34,175 nucleotides of DNA, from the NCBI GenBank assembly GCA_026397115.1, contig JAPLVM010000044.1, positions 1 to 34,175 of the forward strand, given 5' to 3'. The notes under the pieces were generated by a model. It saw only the letters and a program-made list of their open reading frames with translations, had not been told where the DNA came from and made no database searches. A program made the position numbers and the translations under genes. This document shows, piece by piece, positions 1-6,992 of this stretch (positions within the stretch are counted from its first letter, which is position 1; each line of letters starts with the position of its first letter). The stretch comes from Patescibacteria group bacterium (GTDB lineage: Bacteria > Patescibacteriota > Gracilibacteria > JAPLVM01).

Positions 1-45
1 ATATGCAAATCCTTTAGTTTCGAGCAAATTAATTATTCGATATGT

Positions 46-741
46 TTAGGAGATTATGAACAGGCTCTTATGCAACAAGTTGGTGCAACCGATGCAATTC
101 GAACAGTCTACGCAGTTCAACAAAAAATATGAATTACGACATTGTTGGCAGTTTTGACTATAAAGCAAATTATAACAATCATGGCAGTTGATACATTCGT
201 AGCACAATTCGTCATCGCTCCCATAATATAAATCGATAGAGCTTCTTACTTTTCTTATTCCTCGACTATAAAAACTATCTTCATTATGCGAACTGTTAAA
301 AAGTAAATAACAGTTTTTATTCCAACCAGCCATGTTTGTGAAGTCGCTATTCTCGCTATTTTGATTAAATAAACCCTCAGCCGGAATCTGATCTAGAAGT
401 TCAACGAATTGCTCTGTGAATGAACGGCTAAAATTAAAGCTCATTGTAATTTCAGCACCATCCCATTTGTCGCTCCACCAACATTCATGACAATAAACAG
501 GACATCTTGAACCTGGTTGATAAGCAGTAACTACCTGTTTTTTGCATAAATCGCACGCTCTCTTATACAAATTTCTTTCATTCCGAAAAGCCGCCCTTCT
601 TTGTTTACGGCAATCTGGGCACAAAGTCGGGGCGGGAACCACAAACTTATGACTATTAAAAGTCGGTGAAACCCTGTCATAAAAAGATAGGTCTTGCGCC
701 GTAATTTCAAACTGCGATTGGCATTTGGGACAGGTGGACAT
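46..741 (-). CDS. Truncated (231 aa) paralogue of the Cys-rich zinc-ribbon protein family: N-terminal module plus first Cys block only. Possible gene remnant or pseudogene.
   Basis: Aligns with the first ~230 aa of the 561-565 aa neighbours (CPKCQSQFEIT..FYD..LCPDCR..FRNERNLYKR.CDLC..VYC.ECWWSDKWD). It stops at ..CTNLLHKSLFIIS* where full-length copies continue ..NL..K.YC..NE. I see no continuation in other frames in bases 1-45. Confidence 0.6.
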   Translation of the reverse strand: MSTCPKCQSQFEITAQDLSFYDRVSPTFNSHKFVVPAPTLCPDCRKQRRAAFRNERNLYKRACDLCKKQVVTAYQPGSRCPVYCHECWWSDKWDGAEITMSFNFSRSFTEQFVELLDQIPAEGLFNQNSENSDFTNMAGWNKNCYLLFNSSHNEDSFYSRGIRKVRSSIDLYYGSDDELCYECINCHDCYNLLYSQNCQQCRNSYFLLNCVDCSNCIGCTNLLHKSLFIIS

Positions 742-823
742 TGGAAATTTAAAATTTTGAATTTAGTAGAGACGCATTGCATGCGTCTCCTTATTTCGTA
801 TTTTGACGCGTCTTTGTATTGCA
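742..823 (+). repeat. Conserved intergenic element, copy 1: AATTTAGTAG, then the 9-bp-stem palindrome GAGACGCAT-TGC-ATGCGTCTC (769..789), then palindrome GACGCGTC (805..812)
   Basis: Near-identical to 2576..2650. It lies directly upstream of the start codon of the minus-strand gene at 46..741. Confidence 0.8.
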
Positions 824-847
824 TTTAATAAACAGGTAATCCCGCGC

Positions 848-872
848 AGGGAATGGTTTGAAACCATTCCCT
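848..872 (-). terminator. Hairpin 5 nt downstream of the stop of 878..2575 (AGGGAATGGTTT-G-AAACCATTCCCT)
   Basis: Perfect 12-nt inverted repeat read directly from the sequence. No clean U-tract follows on the minus strand, so intrinsic-terminator function is uncertain. Confidence 0.45.
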
Positions 873-877
873 ACCAT

Positions 878-2575
878 TTAATAAACCTTTTTTAGATAAC
901 ATGCTTCGCAATAGACCTTCTCATCACGATCTGGCGCATAAGAACTTTCGAAAACAAAGTCGCATCCTTCACTATCACATTTTCTCCTCCATAAACGATT
1001 CGGATTGCGCAACTTAATTCTATTCGCATGACGAATGTCAGGATGCAAATTCGGAATCGGTAAATTCATCTTCCGATAAAACTCCAGTTCTAATTTCTGA
1101 ATCACAAAAGGACGCTTTGTTTCAGCGCATTCAATCGCCCACTTCAAAATTTCATCTGGCACTTTCTTGATGTCATCTAAAATTGACAATTTACCAGCTG
1201 GAATAATTTTTTCTACCTTTGGAATTTCTATTTGAAGATCTCGCCACTGCCAGCCATTTTTCAAAACCTCACCTTTTTCAAGGGGAAAATATTCTTGCGC
1301 CGCAGTTTCATTGTAAACCGATGGCGATATATTTACTGGAAAAAACTCACCCCAAGATTTTTCTTTACGCATTTGCTCAATAATCTGAGGCACCAGTTGT
1401 TCATATTCTTCCTTGCTATATTGTTTATTTAAAATGCAATATTGGTTATGACGGAGGCCGATACTACCGAAAGAATTTCCCGCAGAAAAACAATTTTGGC
1501 AATAAAGAAAATCATGACAACCATTCCATGCTTGGGCACAAAATTGTAAATTAAAATCATCAATCCCAGCGTTTATGCTTTCATAAATAAGTTCAGCACC
1601 ACGCCCAGCTGTACTGCAATCCATACAAAATTTTGCGCCTCGCCAAACGTGTTCGCCATACCGGCATCCCTCAGCATCGTTGGCATGAAAACATCGATAG
1701 CAATCCTTTGCATTAAAGATATAATCTCCAATACAATTTTCACCATTTTCAATCTGAGCATACTTTTTAATCTGATGTTTATTAAAATCAGCAAACTTAG
1801 TTTTCAAATTACTAAGTTCTTTATAGCTACCAAAATTCAACTCAGCCATCTTCTTCTCGTACTCTTCCTTTTTCAACTGCTCATTCCACAAGCAATATTG
1901 CTTTTGACTAAGATTTGTGCAAAAGGCACAGTATGAACATCCAGCACAACTATTCAAAAACCAGGAGTTATCACAGTTACGACAATTTTGTAAAAATCCG
2001 CTGCCATAACAATTGCGACAATTCTCTAATTCATATCCAAGTTCACACTCATCAACATAATTACAATCAACTAAATCACGACATTGCTGTAGCCAATAGC
2101 CGTATAGACAATCCTCATTATTAGAACTTTCAAACACCAAATAACAATCTCTACAATCAGCAATCAAGCTACAAAAATCACAGTTTTCCGTATTTGCGCC
2201 CAGCATAGCCATTTTAGGAACCTTATTTTGCACCTCTGCAAACTGCTCGAAAAATGATTGATTCAAATCAAAATTTTTACCATGATCTAAAGCATTCCAT
2301 TTATCTGACCACCAACATTTCTGACAATAAACAGGAAACGCCGCATCTCTCGAAAATATGGATATAATATTTCTTTTGCATAAATCACAGGGTCTTTTGT
2401 ATAAATTTCGTTCATTTCGAAAAGCTAATCTCCTGTGTTGCCTGCATTCCGGACAAAGTGCAGGTTCTGAAATTTGGTATTTCTTGCCATTAAAAATTGG
2501 GGAAATTTTGTCGTAAAACAGTAAATCGTCTTGGGTGATTTCAAACTGTGATTGGCATTTGAGGCAGGTGGGCAT
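878..2575 (-). CDS. Cys-rich zinc-ribbon protein, array paralogue (565 aa), unknown function
   Basis: ATG-initiated 565-aa ORF with about 41 Cys by my count. Four N-terminal CxxC pairs, two central Cys-rich blocks and a C-terminal C..C/CxxC ribbon. No signal peptide or TM segment. Paralogous to 2687..4372, 5300..6979 and 6993..8690. Confidence 0.85.
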   Translation of the reverse strand: MPTCLKCQSQFEITQDDLLFYDKISPIFNGKKYQISEPALCPECRQHRRLAFRNERNLYKRPCDLCKRNIISIFSRDAAFPVYCQKCWWSDKWNALDHGKNFDLNQSFFEQFAEVQNKVPKMAMLGANTENCDFCSLIADCRDCYLVFESSNNEDCLYGYWLQQCRDLVDCNYVDECELGYELENCRNCYGSGFLQNCRNCDNSWFLNSCAGCSYCAFCTNLSQKQYCLWNEQLKKEEYEKKMAELNFGSYKELSNLKTKFADFNKHQIKKYAQIENGENCIGDYIFNAKDCYRCFHANDAEGCRYGEHVWRGAKFCMDCSTAGRGAELIYESINAGIDDFNLQFCAQAWNGCHDFLYCQNCFSAGNSFGSIGLRHNQYCILNKQYSKEEYEQLVPQIIEQMRKEKSWGEFFPVNISPSVYNETAAQEYFPLEKGEVLKNGWQWRDLQIEIPKVEKIIPAGKLSILDDIKKVPDEILKWAIECAETKRPFVIQKLELEFYRKMNLPIPNLHPDIRHANRIKLRNPNRLWRRKCDSEGCDFVFESSYAPDRDEKVYCEACYLKKVY

Positions 2576-2650
2576 TGGAAATTTTAAATTTTAAATTTAG
2601 TAGAGACGCATTGCATGCGTCTTTATATTTCGACGCGTCTTTGTATTGCA
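2576..2650 (+). repeat. Conserved intergenic element, copy 2: AATTTAGTAG, then palindrome AGACGCAT-TGC-ATGCGTCT (2604..2622), then GACGCGTC (2632..2639)
   Basis: Aligns with 742..823 with only a few substitutions and one small indel. It lies directly upstream of the start codon of 878..2575. Confidence 0.8.
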
Positions 2651-2655
2651 ACGCT

Positions 2656-2675
2656 GGGCCAAAAATTTTTGGCCC
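2656..2675 (-). terminator. Hairpin GGGCCAAAAATTTTTGGCCC, 12 nt downstream of the stop of 2687..4372
   Basis: Perfect 20-nt palindrome with a GC clamp and an A/T-rich centre. Confidence 0.45.
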
Positions 2676-2686
2676 GTACGTGATAA

Positions 2687-4372
2687 TTAATATACAGCCT
2701 CAAGATAGCATTTTTCACAATAGACAGTTTCAGGTCTGTCCGGAGAATAGGATGTCTGAATAGGAATATTACATTTATTACAGGTTCTGTTCCAGAGTTT
2801 TCTAGGATTACGAAGAGATAATCTGTCTTTGTGTCTTTGATCAGGATGTCTTTTAGGAAGAGGAAGATTATGCTTTCTATAAAAGTCTAATTCTTGTTTG
2901 ATTATTCTAAATGGTTTATGTGTTATTTCACATTCAATTGCCCAATCAAGAATTTGATCTGGTATTTCTGAAATAATATCTGGTAATTTATCGGCTTTAA
3001 CTATCTTTTCTACTTTAGGAAAAGGAGCTTCATAATCACTCCAGTTGAATCCTTGTTCTTGCGCTTGCTTTTTCGTAAGAGGAAAGTATTCCTGAGCTAC
3101 TGTTTCATTGTAACCAAAAGGACTGAGGCTTGGGTGAAAAAATTCTCCCCATTCTTTAGTTTTCATCATATGCTCAATTATCCTTGGCACCAATTCTTCG
3201 TATTCTTGCTTAGAATACTGTTTGTTCAAAATACAGTACTGTTTATGGCGAAGACCGATTGAGGCAAAAACATCATGGCAGCTGCGGCACCATGAAGAAT
3301 AATAAATGTTTGCACATTCATTAAAAGTGCAATCGCAACAAATAATGCGATAAGCGCCATCGCCGCAAGCCTGACATTCATACACAAGCTCTGCTCCTGT
3401 GCCGCCCCATGCGTCAACATCATAACAATCTTTGTAATTATATCCATCGTAAACAAAAGCGCAGCTTTGGCTGTTTTTTACGTTAAAACAATTCTTTAGA
3501 TCCTTTGATTTATTGAGATAATCCCCAAAGCAGTTTTCGGTTTGCATCCCATTCATATACTTCTTCGGTAAAATGTGTGAATGACCTTCCAAAGCACCTT
3601 TTGCTATGTTAATTTGCAGAGACAGGTCAAGCGTAAAATTGTTTATCTTTTGCAAATATTCGTCTTTTGAACATTTCTCATTAAAGAAATAGTATTGCTT
3701 ATTACGTAAATTCACGCACCCGAAACAGAACGAACAATTAATACAATCGCGAAGGAACCATGCGTTTGAGCATCCTTGGCAATTATATGTGAAGCTACAG
3801 TTATAACAATCGATTAAATTATCACATTCATAGCACAATTCACATTTATCGATATGACAGCAGTCTACGCAATTACGATTGTGGTAGGAATGACTTAGAT
3901 AAAGGCAATCTTGATTATGGTCAGCTTCGAAAATGAGATAACAATTTTTATTTCTAGCCGAGAAATTCACATAATCGGAATTTTCATTAAAATCATTTTG
4001 CAGGGATGGATGGGGAACCGTCTCATTGAAATCTTTAAACTGTTCAAAAAATGGCCGGCTAAAATCAAAGTCACGACCTTTTTCGATCGGATCCCATTGA
4101 TCCGATAAATAAAATTTTTGCGTGTATATAGGTATAGTTTTGTCCGGTGAATAAATTGATAAAATTTTCTCGTCTGTTGCATCGTCTTTTCTCCAATATA
4201 ATTTGCGTTCATTTCTAAATGATAGCCGTCTTTTCTGCCTGCATTCTGGACAAAGTGTAGGCTCTTGAACTTGGTATTTCTTGCCATTAAAAACTGGAGA
4301 GATCTTGTCGTAGAATAATAAATCCTCCGGCGTGACTTCAAACTGCGATTGGCATTGCGTGCAAAAATTCAT
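2687..4372 (-). CDS. Cys-rich zinc-ribbon protein, array paralogue (561 aa), unknown function
   Basis: 561-aa ORF with the same architecture. The C-terminal ~190 aa are very similar to the other copies (YCILNKQYSKQEYEELVP.II..M.K.KEWGEFF...SP.GYNETVAQEYFPL ... WAIEC..T.KPFRIIKQELDFYRKHNLPLPKRHPDQR). Confidence 0.85.
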   Translation of the reverse strand: MNFCTQCQSQFEVTPEDLLFYDKISPVFNGKKYQVQEPTLCPECRQKRRLSFRNERKLYWRKDDATDEKILSIYSPDKTIPIYTQKFYLSDQWDPIEKGRDFDFSRPFFEQFKDFNETVPHPSLQNDFNENSDYVNFSARNKNCYLIFEADHNQDCLYLSHSYHNRNCVDCCHIDKCELCYECDNLIDCYNCSFTYNCQGCSNAWFLRDCINCSFCFGCVNLRNKQYYFFNEKCSKDEYLQKINNFTLDLSLQINIAKGALEGHSHILPKKYMNGMQTENCFGDYLNKSKDLKNCFNVKNSQSCAFVYDGYNYKDCYDVDAWGGTGAELVYECQACGDGAYRIICCDCTFNECANIYYSSWCRSCHDVFASIGLRHKQYCILNKQYSKQEYEELVPRIIEHMMKTKEWGEFFHPSLSPFGYNETVAQEYFPLTKKQAQEQGFNWSDYEAPFPKVEKIVKADKLPDIISEIPDQILDWAIECEITHKPFRIIKQELDFYRKHNLPLPKRHPDQRHKDRLSLRNPRKLWNRTCNKCNIPIQTSYSPDRPETVYCEKCYLEAVY

Positions 4373-4479
4373 GATTTGTTTTAAAACAATTATAAATTAA
4401 ATTATATCTACTTGCTACATTGACACCAAATTTGAACTACGGCTGGTCGTTATAGATAAAAAGCTTCGCATAGATTAAT

Positions 4480-5235
4480 TTAATTTCTTATCAGATAAAA
4501 CACATAACTATAATATTCATAATATTTCTTAAATATGTCGATTTCTCTTTGCACCGAGGAAATGCATTTCAGAGCCTCATCATTGCCCAAATATTTTTGC
4601 TCCAATATTTTTAATCGCTTTTCAATTGGAAAATAGTATTCATCAGCCCATGTATTTGGAGGAAGGATTATTTTATCTATCAGATTATATCCTTCTTGTT
4701 CGATTTCTTTTACATAATCTCGTATATGTAAAACTTCATTTCCCGTCTCGTATCTCCAATAATCACGTAGTTTCTTCGGCGGATTCTCCTTTATCCAGGC
4801 AATATGCGAAAATGCAATGCATGAATCATTTTTTAGATATTTTCTCCAAGATCTTAAACCGTTCTCTATACCAATTATAAAAATGGAACCCTCGGCCCAA
4901 ATAACATCAAAGGCCAAGGCACTATATGGCAAGTCAAACATAGAAACATTTTCAACCTTTATCTTCTTTCCCAAATGATTTTTATCGATCTTCACCGATA
5001 ATTCATCCAGAAAAGGCTGATGCGTATCAATTGATGTAATCTTCACGTTATCGAACTCCGCTAATTTCATTGATTGTCTCCCAGGACCACAACCAATATC
5101 TAAAATATTATAAAAATCTTTTTTGGTGGCTGTTTTGATAATATTAAAAACCTTTTCAGTATAAAAATCGCTTCCCGGTCCTTGTCTTGGTAGGCTTTGG
5201 TGAATTTCCCAAAAAATTTTTCCCTTATCTGCCAT
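4480..5235 (-). CDS. Class I SAM-dependent methyltransferase (251 aa)
   Basis: Motif I ILDIGCGPGRQS, followed by an acidic residue at the end of beta-2 (ITSIDT) and motif post-I/II spacing typical of Methyltransf_11/25-like enzymes. Substrate cannot be told from the sequence. Confidence 0.8.
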   Translation of the reverse strand: MADKGKIFWEIHQSLPRQGPGSDFYTEKVFNIIKTATKKDFYNILDIGCGPGRQSMKLAEFDNVKITSIDTHQPFLDELSVKIDKNHLGKKIKVENVSMFDLPYSALAFDVIWAEGSIFIIGIENGLRSWRKYLKNDSCIAFSHIAWIKENPPKKLRDYWRYETGNEVLHIRDYVKEIEQEGYNLIDKIILPPNTWADEYYFPIEKRLKILEQKYLGNDEALKCISSVQREIDIFKKYYEYYSYVFYLIRN

Positions 5236-5299
5236 TTTTATTAAAAGAATTAAAGGTGATATATTGTAATCTGTTGACTAAAAAAAATGTCTAAAACGC

Positions 5300-6979
5300 C
5301 TAATAAATCTCCTCTTGATAACACTTCTCGCAATAAATTTTACGCTGGCCTCTTTTATATACAGTTTGAACTGGCTGTCCGCACTTTGAACACGCAATCT
5401 CCTGCAAATCTTTAAACTCTAGTATCTTAGACTTTTCCTTAATCCTTTCAAATGGCGATACACGAGGAATTGGCAAATTATTCTGCCTATAATAATCTAA
5501 TTCTTGCTTAATAATACGATATTTTTTGCCACTCACAGTACACTTTAAAACAGCTTGTAAAATGTCGTCTTGCACATCACGAATATGATCAGGAATCTGA
5601 TAGATCGAGGCGAACGATTCAACTTCATCATCTTTCCAGTCTAGACCTCTAGCTAATACTTCCTCCTTAGCTAAAGGAAAAAAATCTTGCGCTTCACTTT
5701 GATTGTAATAAAAAGGAACAAAAGATGCTGGAAAAAATTGACCCCATTCACAGGCTTGTCCCGCGTAATCTTGATGAAGCGGGGTCTTTTTCATATGGCT
5801 AATAATACGTTGTCGCAGATCAGAATATTCAACCGGATTATATTGCTTATTAAAAATACAGTATTCTTTCTTTTTAAGACCACAACACCCAAAACAGTTG
5901 CTACAACCTAAGCAAGCAAACATGCAATATTCCAGATTATTCGGATTCGGAAAACACTCTGCTGAAAATTTGGTGTTATAACCATTAGTTCCAACGCTAC
6001 TGCAATTGTATATAAGCTCCGAGACATTCCCAAAAGCAAAATAAAATAAACAACTTTTCGCTTCGTTAATATTAATGCAATATTCCATATCCTCGGCGCT
6101 ATTTACCATAAAACAATTTTGAGCATTTTTAGTATTATTCAAAAAATTACCACTGGAGTTTTCATTATTTTTACCTTGTAAATGTTTCACTGCTAGGCTC
6201 TCTTTGACCGACGCCCACTTAGCTTGCTCAGAAACCAAAACCTTGTAGCTACCGATATCTATCTCGCTCATCCTTTTCTTATAATCATCCTTGCTCAACT
6301 GTTGATTGTAAAAACAATACTCCTTTTTATACAAATTCGCGCATCCAAAACAATCATTGCAGCCTTGGCAGTTGTAAAGAAAATAAGAATCCGCACAATC
6401 ATGACAATATTCAGAAAACTTCAAATTATGACAACCTTTGATACTGGCACACTCATAACACAATTCTGAATCATAAGCTGAAATGCAATCAATTAAATTT
6501 TTGACTCTATAAATAATTTTGCAAAACATACAATCTTCGCCATCCACGCCACCAAAAACAAGATAGCAATTACGCTGTTGCGACACACCATTACAATAAT
6601 CACTATTTTCTAAAGTATGCTTCTGCACGCTTAGATTTGGCCAAGGCATTTCCCTGAGCATATCTGCAAACTGTTCAAAAAATGGCCTATTAAAATCAAA
6701 ATCGCGACCATATTCTAAACCATCCCAAACATCAGAATTCCAAATATCAACCTCATAAACTTTCAAATTCTTCTCTGGAGGTATGTAGCTTAAAATCGGT
6801 TTTTTCGAATAATCACAAATTGAATTATAAAGATACTGCCTATTGCGAAACAAACATAAAATTCTCATCCGTTCATTCGGATGAATAGTGGGCATAGGCA
6901 AATCATTATCAGCACAGTATTTTTTCTCCGCCTCGGAAACAACGAAAGTCTTACCAGTCTGTCTACATATCTGTTGCAT
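5300..6979 (-). CDS. Cys-rich zinc-ribbon protein, divergent array paralogue (559 aa from the ATG at 6979)
   Basis: The ORF track runs 5300..7075, but that start overlaps the upstream gene by 83 nt. The ATG at 6979 (MQQICRQTGK..) lies 13 nt after the upstream stop (6993). Central and C-terminal regions are homologous to the other copies. The N-terminus lacks the first CxxC. Confidence 0.8.
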   Translation of the reverse strand: MQQICRQTGKTFVVSEAEKKYCADNDLPMPTIHPNERMRILCLFRNRQYLYNSICDYSKKPILSYIPPEKNLKVYEVDIWNSDVWDGLEYGRDFDFNRPFFEQFADMLREMPWPNLSVQKHTLENSDYCNGVSQQRNCYLVFGGVDGEDCMFCKIIYRVKNLIDCISAYDSELCYECASIKGCHNLKFSEYCHDCADSYFLYNCQGCNDCFGCANLYKKEYCFYNQQLSKDDYKKRMSEIDIGSYKVLVSEQAKWASVKESLAVKHLQGKNNENSSGNFLNNTKNAQNCFMVNSAEDMEYCININEAKSCLFYFAFGNVSELIYNCSSVGTNGYNTKFSAECFPNPNNLEYCMFACLGCSNCFGCCGLKKKEYCIFNKQYNPVEYSDLRQRIISHMKKTPLHQDYAGQACEWGQFFPASFVPFYYNQSEAQDFFPLAKEEVLARGLDWKDDEVESFASIYQIPDHIRDVQDDILQAVLKCTVSGKKYRIIKQELDYYRQNNLPIPRVSPFERIKEKSKILEFKDLQEIACSKCGQPVQTVYKRGQRKIYCEKCYQEEIY

Positions 6980-6992
6980 AGCTGATTTATAA

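Noticed and set aside
531-824. ORFs 531..824 (-) and 2575..2763 (+) spanning the palindromic intergenic elements
   Set aside because: They are open only because they run through the repeat or overlap the real genes. The peptides (..RDALHASLYFDASLY..) are translations of the palindromes themselves.
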